Shown here: positions 21,378 to 30,382 of the stretch, in pieces
Layout of the letters: every line of letters starts with the position of its first letter
Position numbering within the stretch: position 1 is the stretch's first letter
Assembly: GCA_963665275.2 (NCBI GenBank)
Contig: CAXXIN010000017.1
Location: forward strand, 1 to 64,000
Source of the DNA: Negativicutes bacterium
GTDB lineage: Bacteria; Bacillota; Negativicutes; UBA1444
Direction of reading: 5' to 3'
Length of the DNA: 64,000 nt
The notes under the pieces: generated by a model
The model's input: only the letters and a program-made list of their open reading frames with translations
What the model was told of the DNA's origin: nothing
The model's database searches: none
Program-made: the position numbers and the translations under genes

Positions 21378-22235
21378 TTATATGCGGTAATCATAGAAGC
21401 CTTTACCGCTTTTTCGTCCCAGATGACCTGCCTGTACCATCTTTTTCAACAAGGGACAGGGTCGATATTTGGTATCGCCAAATCCATCGTGCAGAACTTC
21501 CATAATATAAAGAACCGTATCGTTTCCAATTAGATCTGACAACGCCAGAGGCCCCATCGGATGATTAAACCCTAGTTTAGCTACCGTATCAATGTCCTCA
21601 GCACTCGCCACCCCTTCCATCAGAGCATAGACGGCCTCGTTAATCATGGGGATCATTACGCGGTTCCCAATAAACCCGGGGAAATCTTCAACTTTCACTG
21701 GCGATTTGCCCAGGTTTTCTGCCAGGGTCTTGACGGCAATAAAGGTTTCTTCACTTGTAGCAAGGCCCTTGATCACTTCCACCAGCTTCATTACCGGCGC
21801 GGGGTTGAAGAAATGCATTCCCAGAACTTTATCGGCACGCTTGGTCAAGGCGCCGATAGAGGTAACCGGCAGAGAGGAAGTATTACTAGCCAGAATTGTA
21901 TGAACAGGGCAAAGTTGATCCAGTTGCTGGAAGATACTTTTTTTAATTTCCATGTTTTCGATGGCGGCCTCTACCACTAAATCGACGTCACAGGCAGCAG
22001 CGTCCAGTTCTACAACTCCACTAATCCGACTCATGATTGCCTTCATTTCATCCGGTGTCATTTTTGCTTTTTCAACACTTTTCGTCAAATTCTTCTCGAT
22101 ACCAGCAATCCCTTTGCGAACAAATTCATCCTTAATATCGCGAATTTTGACTTCCAGCCCGCCTTGCGCCATTACTTGGGCGATGCCACTACCCATTTGC
22201 CCGGCTCCGATGACGAGTACGCGTTTGAATTCCAT
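21378..22235 (-). CDS. hbd: 3-hydroxybutyryl-CoA dehydrogenase
   Basis: [37 protein letters not shown]. Confidence 0.92.
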   Translation of the reverse strand: MEFKRVLVIGAGQMGSGIAQVMAQGGLEVKIRDIKDEFVRKGIAGIEKNLTKSVEKAKMTPDEMKAIMSRISGVVELDAAACDVDLVVEAAIENMEIKKSIFQQLDQLCPVHTILASNTSSLPVTSIGALTKRADKVLGMHFFNPAPVMKLVEVIKGLATSEETFIAVKTLAENLGKSPVKVEDFPGFIGNRVMIPMINEAVYALMEGVASAEDIDTVAKLGFNHPMGPLALSDLIGNDTVLYIMEVLHDGFGDTKYRPCPLLKKMVQAGHLGRKSGKGFYDYRI

Positions 22236-22268
22236 TGTTATCCCTCATTTCGCAATGTTATTTTCCTT

Positions 22269-22315
22269 AAAAAACATGTTGCAAAACAGTATTCTTTTTC
22301 TGTTTTGCAACATGT
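22269..22315 (-). terminator. Intra-operon hairpin/terminator between CoA-transferase B and hbd
   Basis: Perfect 16-bp stem ACATGTTGCAAAACAG / CTGTTTTGCAACATGT, 10-nt loop, T5 after it on the minus strand. Confidence 0.6.
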
Positions 22316-22329
22316 CACAGTACGGTATT

Positions 22330-23007
22330 TTAGGCGTTAATTCCGCTCATCCGGTAGTCTTTGAGATCTGGTGAGACACTAAAAGCAGCTTCTGTGCAAT
22401 TTTTAATGTCTTCCACCGACAAGGCCGGATCCTTTTCGACCAAGATTAGTTCCCCATTTTCCACGTGAAAAACAGCTTTTTCTGTAATAATCACATTGAC
22501 CACGCCGCGGCCGGTTACAGCCAACTTGCATTTTTTCAGCACTTTGGATTCACCGGTTTTGTCATTGTGCTGCAACGTACATACAATCTTTTGAGCACCT
22601 CTTACCAAATCCATTGCGCCGCCCATCCCGGGCGAAAAATCATTTTTGGCGGCATTTTTGGCCCAGTTGGCGATATTGCCCTCCTGGTCAACTTCCAATC
22701 CACCCAGAATCGCAGTGTTCACGTGCCCGCCGCGAATGATCGCAAACGACTCGCACAAATCAAAAATTGATCCTCCCGGCAGTAAAGTAATGGGTTGCCC
22801 ACCAGCATTTGCTACATCAGGGTCCCCTTCATTGACATACGGAGTAGGCCCCATCATCAGGCAACCGTTCTCAGACTGCAGAACAACCGATACCCCTTTG
22901 GGCAAATAGTTCGGCACCGCAGTAGGCATGCCAAAACCCAAATTTACAAATTCGCCATCTTTCAGTTCCAAAGCTGCCCGACGGGCAATAATTTCTCTTA
23001 CCTCCAT
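22330..23007 (-). CDS. 3-oxoacid/short-chain acyl CoA-transferase subunit B
   Basis: VNLGFGMP, catalytic QSENG, RGGH, GMGGAMDL. Confidence 0.9.
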   Translation of the reverse strand: MEVREIIARRAALELKDGEFVNLGFGMPTAVPNYLPKGVSVVLQSENGCLMMGPTPYVNEGDPDVANAGGQPITLLPGGSIFDLCESFAIIRGGHVNTAILGGLEVDQEGNIANWAKNAAKNDFSPGMGGAMDLVRGAQKIVCTLQHNDKTGESKVLKKCKLAVTGRGVVNVIITEKAVFHVENGELILVEKDPALSVEDIKNCTEAAFSVSPDLKDYRMSGINA

Positions 23008-23021
23008 GAGATATACCCCCC

Positions 23022-23744
23022 TTATTTCTTTTTAAGTGCGTTGATGGATTCCCAGCGTTTGTTAAACAACTCAACATGTTCATCAAAGGGATAGCCTTGT
23101 ACAACGGCCTGGACATAAATGCCTGGTGTGCCTACGAGACTGGGATCAATGTCACCGACTTCGGTAATTTCATTGACTTCAGCTACCGTGTATTTGGCTG
23201 CGGCGGCAACAATTTTATTGCTATTGATCGCCACGCCGCGGTATTGAACATTGCCAATTTTGTCGCCCCGATAGCCTTTAATAAAGGCGAACTCGGCAGA
23301 AAGCGGCAATTCCAACAAATATTCCTTGCCGTTGATGGTTAACTTCTGTTTTCCTTCTTCCACCAGCGTACCCACTCCAGTTGGCGTCAATACGCCTCCC
23401 AAGCCGGCTCCTGCCGCCCGAACTTTCTCAGCCCATGTCCCCATGGGAAAGAGTTCAACTTCCAAACGCCCTGCCTTGTATTCTTCCAATAACTCCGGAC
23501 AAGTGCCGATATGTGAAGTAATGATTTTCTTCACTTGCCGGTTTTTGAACAGAACGGCCATATCGAATCCACCGCCAGGCATCCCACTCACTTCACTCAT
23601 GAGCGTTAGATCCTTTACCCCGGATGCTGCGATAGCATCAATGCATTTCAAGGGAGCGCCTACCCCTAAAAACCCTCCCAGGAAAACGCTCGCACCATCG
23701 TGCAATTTGGCAACCACCTCATCAATTGTTTTAACTTTGCTCAT
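23022..23744 (-). CDS. CoA-transferase subunit A
   Basis: GGFLGVG, PMGTWAEKVRAAGAG, TPTGVGT, VGTPGIYV. Start taken at MSKVK. Confidence 0.9.
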   Translation of the reverse strand: MSKVKTIDEVVAKLHDGASVFLGGFLGVGAPLKCIDAIAASGVKDLTLMSEVSGMPGGGFDMAVLFKNRQVKKIITSHIGTCPELLEEYKAGRLEVELFPMGTWAEKVRAAGAGLGGVLTPTGVGTLVEEGKQKLTINGKEYLLELPLSAEFAFIKGYRGDKIGNVQYRGVAINSNKIVAAAAKYTVAEVNEITEVGDIDPSLVGTPGIYVQAVVQGYPFDEHVELFNKRWESINALKKK

Positions 23745-23796
23745 TGTCTTACCTCCCTCTCGTATGATCATTTTGAATGCTGGTACAAGCTAATGG

Positions 23797-25032
23797 TTAA
23801 GCAGTCTGAGACAGTGCCACTGCTTTCTTCTTTTGGCGTTGTGCAACCAAGGTGAGTACGATGCCAATTGTGCTCAACCCGGCGGCGATTAAAAACGCCT
23901 GAGTATAATCCCCTTTATTGATTTCTTTAAAATGGCCGGCCATGAGCGGCCCGACGACACCGGCAGCGCCCCAGGCTGTGAAGATAATGCCATAATTCAT
24001 GCCCACATTCTTGGCGCCAAAGGCATCCGCCGTAATGGCCGGGAATATCCCCATCACGCCGCCGAAACACAGTCCAACGGTCATGAGTACAACCATAAAT
24101 GGAAGAAAGGTTGTAACCTGGGTCATAAAAAACATCATGCTACCGGACAAAACAAACATGATCATTACCGAGTTGTAGCGTCCGATCTTATCCGATGCCC
24201 AACCCCAGAATATCCGGCCAGCGGTGTTAAACAGAGCCAGAAAGCCAACGGCTGCAGCAGCTGTTGCCGGACTGAGTTTAATGACTTCCTGGGCAATCGG
24301 CGAAGCATGGCCGATGATCATCAGTCCGGATACGCAACCAATAATGTAAATCCCCCATAGGACATAAAACTTCGGGTCAGCCAACATTTCCCGCCAATTC
24401 TTATCGGAACCGGCAATCGATGTGGAGGTGGGAGCCGGCGGCGTCCAGCCTGCCGGGCGATATCCGGGTGGAGCGGTTTGCACCATGGTTGTACACGCTG
24501 AAATCAATACCAAGTAAGCAACTCCGAGAATTTTAAAAGTTGTCAGGACGCCGTAGGAAGCAATCAACGCTGACGACAACGGTGCCAGAACGACGGCTCC
24601 AGACCCGAACCCTGCTACTACAAGCCCGGAAGCAAGTCCGCGTTTATCCGGGAAAAATTTAACGGTGTTGGCTACAGTGCAGGCGTAAATCGTACCGATA
24701 CCAATTCCACCAAGAACGCCATAGGTCAAGTACAAAGAAGGTAGACTGCTCGTAAAACCTGCGCCAATAATCCCTGCACTGAAGATAATTCCACCGGCAA
24801 AGATTACAACCCTAGGCCCTTTCTTATCTTGGATTTTTCCGGCGACGATCATCGCCAGTGGCACGAGAACGCAGGATAGGGTAAAGGCCAATGCCGTTTC
24901 CTTGGTAGACCACTGGAACATGGTGATGAGCGGCTTTGCGTATACACTCCATGCGTAAGCCGAGCCGATACAAAGGTTGATCAGGATTCCAGACAGAAGA
25001 ATCAGCCAACGGTTCGGATTTTTCTCAGACAT
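23797..25032 (-). CDS. OFA (oxalate/formate antiporter) family MFS transporter
   Basis: GSAYAWSV, FFPDKRGLASG, GRIFWGWASDKIGR, FGAKNVGMNYG; about 12 TM. Confidence 0.88.
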   Translation of the reverse strand: MSEKNPNRWLILLSGILINLCIGSAYAWSVYAKPLITMFQWSTKETALAFTLSCVLVPLAMIVAGKIQDKKGPRVVIFAGGIIFSAGIIGAGFTSSLPSLYLTYGVLGGIGIGTIYACTVANTVKFFPDKRGLASGLVVAGFGSGAVVLAPLSSALIASYGVLTTFKILGVAYLVLISACTTMVQTAPPGYRPAGWTPPAPTSTSIAGSDKNWREMLADPKFYVLWGIYIIGCVSGLMIIGHASPIAQEVIKLSPATAAAAVGFLALFNTAGRIFWGWASDKIGRYNSVMIMFVLSGSMMFFMTQVTTFLPFMVVLMTVGLCFGGVMGIFPAITADAFGAKNVGMNYGIIFTAWGAAGVVGPLMAGHFKEINKGDYTQAFLIAAGLSTIGIVLTLVAQRQKKKAVALSQTA

Positions 25033-25077
25033 GATATCATCCTTTCGTGTGTTTTTACCTAGGTGATTAATATACAA

Positions 25078-25093
25078 TGCAAGACTCGTGCCA
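25078..25093 (-). promoter_or_regulatory. Sigma54 -24/-12 promoter of the MFS-CoA transferase-hbd-crt operon
   Basis: TGGCACGAGTCTTGCA on the minus strand, a full match to TGGCAC-N5-TTGCA. Confidence 0.85.
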
Positions 25094-25307
25094 TCACCAA
25101 AATCCGCTAAAATCAGTGTAATTTATCTGTTTTTTGTACAAAAACCTGGACTTTTCAATAAAATAAGTCCATCTTTTCGGAAACGTCCTAGTATAAATTA
25201 TTGTTGAATTGCAGGAATACAGCCAAAGATCCTTAATATAAACAAATGGACTGGATTATCGGTGCAGTTTTACGCTTTCCGTGCCCTAAATCATTAATTA
25301 GATCAGT

Positions 25308-25323
25308 TGGCATCATAATTGCA
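25308..25323 (+). promoter_or_regulatory. Sigma54 -24/-12 promoter upstream of the activator gene
   Basis: TGGCATCATAATTGCA about 55 nt upstream of the start codon. Confidence 0.75.
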
Positions 25324-25376
25324 TATATATAATGTATAGGTCGATTTTCTCAAACGTTCACTTCGGGTAAAAGGAG

Positions 25377-26738
25377 GTGATGGAAATCAATATGCGCAAA
25401 TTCATGGATAGCAGTTACACGGCTTGTTATCCATGGGAAACCATTTCGGACGCCACGCAGAAGATGATCAACGAACAGGCTTCCTGCGCGATTGTAGTCG
25501 ATGAAGATAATACCTACCATGGCATTTTAACCGCTGCAGAACTACTGAAAAAACATGATGGAAAAAGGCCGGTTGAACAAATCATGCGTACGATCCAACC
25601 GGTCAGCGAAGAAGATAATTTTCACGATATTCAACTAAATGACATCGATGTATTTCCCGTTGTAAACCGAAGGAACATTGTGCTCGGCGTCATTAATCTA
25701 CGAAGTACCGTTTTACACCTGTCGGACTTGATGCCCAGTGAGGATCCTGATCGCCTGCCTAAAGCTCGCCGACCTTCCCAGAGCAACGCGAAATATTCTA
25801 TCAACGACATCACAGGTCAAAGCAAACCCATTTTGCTGATGAAAGAGCAAATTCTTGCTGCCGCGAAAACAAAATCGACGATCATGCTGCTCGGAGAAAC
25901 CGGAACAGGCAAAGAACTGGTAGCGCACTCCATCCACCGGTTAAGCACTCGCCGCCACAATGCTTTCATCCGAATCAACTGTGCAGCCATCCCCGACAAT
26001 TTATTGGAGTCGGAACTTTTCGGCTATGATTCGGGGGCTTTCACCGGCGCTTCCAAAGGCGGCCAAGTTGGGAAATTCGAAATGGCTGACTGTGGAACCA
26101 TTTTTTTGGATGAAATCGGCGATATGCCATTGTCCCTGCAAGCGAAAATTCTGCGGGTGCTTCAGGAAAAGGAAATTGAAAAAGTAGGCGGCCGCGCCCC
26201 AATCCCTATTGACGTAAGAGTGATTGCAGCAACCCACCGCAATTTGCTTCAACTCGTAAACGAGCGAAAATTCCGGGAGGATCTTTACTACCGTTTGCAC
26301 GTTATTCCAATTCAGTTGCCGCCGCTGCGGGATCGCCGCGAAGACATTCCTCTATTGGTGGACTATTTTTTAACGAAACAAGCCATGGAAATGGATATCG
26401 AAAAACCGAACATTGAGCGGGAATGCCTAATGTCCCTGATTGGCTATGATTGGCCGGGGAATGTCAGAGAATTGTTCAACATCCTGGAAATGGCCATCAG
26501 CATGGCGTGTGGGACAATCACTCAATCAATGTTGCCCTCTCTCTTAAAGCCGGAACGCTCAGCAGAACTGGATGAGACTGCACCTTTATTACGCAATTTG
26601 TCGGATAATGTTGAGAAAGCGGCAATCTTGCAGGCATTAGATGACTATGCCGGAAACAAAAGCAAAGTGTGCGAGGCGTTGAGGATTTCACGCAGCAGTT
26701 TGTACAGCAAACTAAAAAAATATCAAATAGAGATATAA
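25377..26738 (+). CDS. Sigma54-dependent activator (CBS pair - AAA+ - Fis HTH)
   Basis: GETGTGKE, ESELFG, GAFTGA, FLDEIGD, WPGNVREL; N-terminal CBS-like repeats. Confidence 0.9.
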   Translation: MMEINMRKFMDSSYTACYPWETISDATQKMINEQASCAIVVDEDNTYHGILTAAELLKKHDGKRPVEQIMRTIQPVSEEDNFHDIQLNDIDVFPVVNRRNIVLGVINLRSTVLHLSDLMPSEDPDRLPKARRPSQSNAKYSINDITGQSKPILLMKEQILAAAKTKSTIMLLGETGTGKELVAHSIHRLSTRRHNAFIRINCAAIPDNLLESELFGYDSGAFTGASKGGQVGKFEMADCGTIFLDEIGDMPLSLQAKILRVLQEKEIEKVGGRAPIPIDVRVIAATHRNLLQLVNERKFREDLYYRLHVIPIQLPPLRDRREDIPLLVDYFLTKQAMEMDIEKPNIERECLMSLIGYDWPGNVRELFNILEMAISMACGTITQSMLPSLLKPERSAELDETAPLLRNLSDNVEKAAILQALDDYAGNKSKVCEALRISRSSLYSKLKKYQIEI

Positions 26739-26780
26739 ATTCTCGGAATAGAACGATTCCTATCGAGGAGGCAACTAAAG

Positions 26781-28415
26781 ATGAAAGCCAAAATTAAACT
26801 ATTTCTTTGGTTTATCACGATTTCAATCATCCCCTTACTCATTATGGGCGGCTTTAGCTATTATCTGATATCAGCCAAAATATCCCGCCAGTACGAGGAA
26901 AACATCAACAATATCAACATGGGTATTTATAACATGGTCGATACGCAGCAAAAAGTGCTCATGCAGTGGATGGATAGTTCAGCAACTGCTTTTTCCGAAA
27001 AGTTGCAATGGCTGGGCCCCATCCGATTTGATCATGCCACTATGGTTGATATCGGCGGATACAAGCTTCCAACCTGGTACATCGGCAACCAAAAGATTAC
27101 CGGCGACAATACACTGGTAGACATTCTGATCTCCAAACAAAAACTACCGGCCACTCTATTTCAGCTGCATGACAATAAATTTATCCGTGTCAGCAGCAAC
27201 GTCCGTCAACCTGACGGCAACCGAATCGTTGGAACGATCGTTGATTCAGGACCGATCTATGAAAAAATCATCAATGGACAGGTTTGGCGGGGTCGTGGCA
27301 GTGTGGAAGGCATCATGCACGGGATGATTTACCAACCGATCTTTGATAGCAACAACAATTTGGTCGGCGCCTTTGTTCTCGGTCGCAGAGAACAGGAGTT
27401 TGAGCTTTTGTCAGCGATAAAAAACATCGTAGTTGGAGAAACAGGCTTCGTTGCTGTAATGGATCCTGAGGGAGCCTTTATCATTCACCCGACCCTTCAG
27501 GGAAAAAGTGCAGCAAGTTTCAGCTGGGCGCAAGAAATCTTGCGAAAGAAAAACGGGTCCGTTGCCTATACCGATAGTAACGGTCGCGAAAAGATCGCCT
27601 ATTACAAATATTATGAGCCGTGGAATTGGTATATTATCACTGGAAGCTTTGTGTCAGAGATCTTCAATACCACCCGTGAATTGTTCAAAGGACTACTGCT
27701 GCTTTGCCTTGTGGTCATCATGCTGTCCGCCGGCATCGCGTATGCCATGTCGATCACTTTCTTTCGTCCGATCGACGCGTTAATCGAAGTCATGAAGCAA
27801 GTTCGCAAAGGCAATCTAACCGTCAAACTTCATCACACGCAAAATGATGAATACATGGTAGTGGCAAATGCGTTAAATGATATGCTCGATACCATTTCTC
27901 TATTGATCGGCAGGCTAGTGAACAATTCCAGCAAATTAAAAGAAGCTTCTCTGAATCTGATTGACGATATCACTGACTCCAAACAGGCCTTGACCGTCAT
28001 GGAAACCGGGGTGGACAGCATCAGAGAAAGTGTTCAACTGTCTCATCAATTAGCCGAGGGAGACAACGACCCTAACCAAGAACTATTGGCCGACATTGAG
28101 GAGATCAAAGCTTTTATTGTGCAAATCAAACCTGAAAATCAGCTTTTGGAAACATCAAACACCTTACAAATCATTACGGAGATGGTGGACGGCGTGCGGA
28201 ACAAATTTCTGGCCCAAGCGGCCATCGATCGCAACATCAACATTCCCTTTACCCTGCAAAACAAAATCAACAATTTGGACATTGAATTGGCAAAGCTGCA
28301 ACTACTAACCAAACACATCTCTTCATCCGCCAACAGCCTTGATGATATCGCCCTTTCTCTCGATAAAAACGTGAATATTTTCCAACTGGACATGCCTGGT
28401 AAAACAGTCGAATAA
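26781..28415 (+). CDS. Cache-domain/HAMP chemoreceptor-like membrane protein with degenerate signalling domain
   Basis: TM1, Cache-type sensor (ATLF...RVSSNV...G.RIVGT; YEPWNWYI), TM2, HAMP, then a coiled coil lacking the MCP hairpin consensus. Confidence 0.75.
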   Translation: MKAKIKLFLWFITISIIPLLIMGGFSYYLISAKISRQYEENINNINMGIYNMVDTQQKVLMQWMDSSATAFSEKLQWLGPIRFDHATMVDIGGYKLPTWYIGNQKITGDNTLVDILISKQKLPATLFQLHDNKFIRVSSNVRQPDGNRIVGTIVDSGPIYEKIINGQVWRGRGSVEGIMHGMIYQPIFDSNNNLVGAFVLGRREQEFELLSAIKNIVVGETGFVAVMDPEGAFIIHPTLQGKSAASFSWAQEILRKKNGSVAYTDSNGREKIAYYKYYEPWNWYIITGSFVSEIFNTTRELFKGLLLLCLVVIMLSAGIAYAMSITFFRPIDALIEVMKQVRKGNLTVKLHHTQNDEYMVVANALNDMLDTISLLIGRLVNNSSKLKEASLNLIDDITDSKQALTVMETGVDSIRESVQLSHQLAEGDNDPNQELLADIEEIKAFIVQIKPENQLLETSNTLQIITEMVDGVRNKFLAQAAIDRNINIPFTLQNKINNLDIELAKLQLLTKHISSSANSLDDIALSLDKNVNIFQLDMPGKTVE

Positions 28416-28434
28416 TCCATACCGTCACCCAGGC

Positions 28435-28476
28435 AAAAAGTTAGACGCTGCAACTAGTTGCAGCGTCTAACTTTTT
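28435..28476. terminator. Bidirectional terminator (perfect 42-bp palindrome)
   Basis: AAAAAGTTAGACGCTGCAACTAGTTGCAGCGTCTAACTTTTT between convergent genes. Confidence 0.8.
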
Positions 28477-28496
28477 ACTGTGGCAGAACCTGTGTG

Positions 28497-28607
28497 CTAT
28501 TTCTTCGATTTTATTTTTTTATATACCACAATAGCAATGGCCAGAATTATCAGCCCAAGCGCACACATGATCTGAACGGGGTTAAAATAGGAAAGAATGG
28601 TGCTCAC
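28497..28607 (-). CDS. Unannotated 36-aa single-TM peptide
   Basis: GTG overlaps the GTPase stop (GTGA); MSTILSYFNPVQIMCALGLIILAIAIVVYKKIKSKK; ends just before the terminator. Confidence 0.55.
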   Translation of the reverse strand: MSTILSYFNPVQIMCALGLIILAIAIVVYKKIKSKK

Positions 28608-30346
28608 CTCTCTTTCTTGATATTATCAGCTGCCCATTCTTTTGCAGAATTAAAAATACTGGATAATGCAGATCGGGGCTTGCCATCAATATAGTAAGCC
28701 ATGGCACTGACTCCGATGGCGTAAGTCCCTCCGGCGGCAACGCTTCCTGAGACAACCGAGCCAAAAACCGGAGCCAGCACACGCGCAAGCTCCCTCAAGC
28801 CCAAAGCTACGGGAATATGAAGACCCAATCCGGAAATAAATTCTTTTACACCTTCTTCATCAAGATCCCGTCCGCCAAGATATGCCACCGTTGTTACCAT
28901 GACCACTTGCAAACCGGTCAGCACCGTAATATCCGCGAACGGCAATGGGTTGACCCCGACCGTTCCAGCCATCGCAGAGCAGGCATGAACAAATCGCTCC
29001 GCCACCAACCGCACCGCATACTGCATTCTTCCTTCGAACGCCAATTGCAGGGCTGCGTCCAATGCTACGTTTTCGACAATCAATTGTTGCAGCTTCTCGA
29101 TGTTATATCGCCCATCATACACCATCTCCAGACGATCTTCCGACCAGTCAACATAAGATGAAACAGGCAAAATATCGAGCGGCCCCAATCCAACGGACTG
29201 GACAATGCCAGCAACTCGCTCACGGGCAGCCTTTATGTTGGTTTGCTTGCGCTCACTAGCGATTGGCTCTTGATAAGGACTCATTTTATCCGCTTTGGTC
29301 AACATCACGACGATAGGGATAGCGCCGTCAAAATACTTATTGCGTATATTGTATATGTTGCGAATGTCTTCATCAACATAAGCCCTGTCGTCAATTGGAC
29401 TGGCCAAAAACATGATGTCCGGACGGAAACCATGCATCGCATGCTCCAGTTCTTCCGCCGCATTCGCGCTCGCATCGGCTATCCCCCGGGTATCCACCAC
29501 TTCGAACAGAATGCGATCTCCGTCATAAATACTATGCTTCTCCGCTTGCTGTTGCCCTGGAATCGCATCCGATACCTCTGCCAAATATTTTCCAGCCAAT
29601 GCATTGATTAAGCTGCTTTTCCCGGCGCCAGTGCGCCCGACAAAAACAATCCGCAGGGGGCGGGGGTTCTGGATTGCATCCATCACCTGCTTGACTTGAG
29701 GGTCGTTGAAAATATATTCCAACGCCGGACCGACAATCTCATTGCCCAACGGAAGCCTACTAATCCGCCGCGTAACCTCTTCCTTGATCTTTGCAATCCT
29801 TTCAAGCCGCTCTCTTCCCTTATCCTGTTTCGAGGCGGTATCGTTTTGCTTTTCGCGCATTGCTTCCCCTGATGCGATCAGCTTAAGCTCTGCGGTCTCA
29901 TCGCCGAGAGGCACATCTTTGTCCGGATGAGAGGTAAAGCTCTTCCATTGCGCTTTTGCTTTTTTTCTTGCCTGCTGGAACACCTCGCGAATGCCTTCTA
30001 TATCACTGGACATCCCGGCAACAATCCATGCCTGCGCCGCCTTGCCGACAGCATAGGTTACTGATACGCCAACCGCTATTTGCATGGGCGGAAAAGGCAC
30101 TAATGTCGCGAGCGTCTGTCCTGCAAAGGTTGCTCCCAATGATGCAAGAAAACCTATAGCTGCGGATCGGGTTATATTAATCTCATATACTTTGCCAATC
30201 CGCATAATCATATAAATTTCATTCGCAACCAGAGCCATCGTGCCAATGCCCGGCGCCACCACAATGACTCCCGCACGCGCCGCCGCCCATCGACATAAAT
30301 TTTCCGCTTTATTGTCCATTAGATCCTTTCCTTCAAAGTTGTCCAT
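28604..30346 (-). CDS. P-loop GTPase (MMR_HSR1/Era-like) flanked by two DUF697/YcjF-like domains
   Basis: G1 GRTGAGKS, G3 DTRG, G4 TKAD; N-terminal WAAARAGVIVVAP...EIYMIMRIG and C-terminal NPLPFADITVLTGLQVVMV. Confidence 0.78.
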   Translation of the reverse strand: MDNFEGKDLMDNKAENLCRWAAARAGVIVVAPGIGTMALVANEIYMIMRIGKVYEINITRSAAIGFLASLGATFAGQTLATLVPFPPMQIAVGVSVTYAVGKAAQAWIVAGMSSDIEGIREVFQQARKKAKAQWKSFTSHPDKDVPLGDETAELKLIASGEAMREKQNDTASKQDKGRERLERIAKIKEEVTRRISRLPLGNEIVGPALEYIFNDPQVKQVMDAIQNPRPLRIVFVGRTGAGKSSLINALAGKYLAEVSDAIPGQQQAEKHSIYDGDRILFEVVDTRGIADASANAAEELEHAMHGFRPDIMFLASPIDDRAYVDEDIRNIYNIRNKYFDGAIPIVVMLTKADKMSPYQEPIASERKQTNIKAARERVAGIVQSVGLGPLDILPVSSYVDWSEDRLEMVYDGRYNIEKLQQLIVENVALDAALQLAFEGRMQYAVRLVAERFVHACSAMAGTVGVNPLPFADITVLTGLQVVMVTTVAYLGGRDLDEEGVKEFISGLGLHIPVALGLRELARVLAPVFGSVVSGSVAAGGTYAIGVSAMAYYIDGKPRSALSSIFNSAKEWAADNIKKER

Positions 30347-30382
30347 GAAAACACATCCATCCTTGTTGCTTTTCGTTTGACG

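Noticed and set aside
28435-28476. Perfect palindrome as a MITE, REP or CRISPR repeat
   Set aside because: Single copy between convergent genes with A/T tails; explained as a bidirectional terminator.
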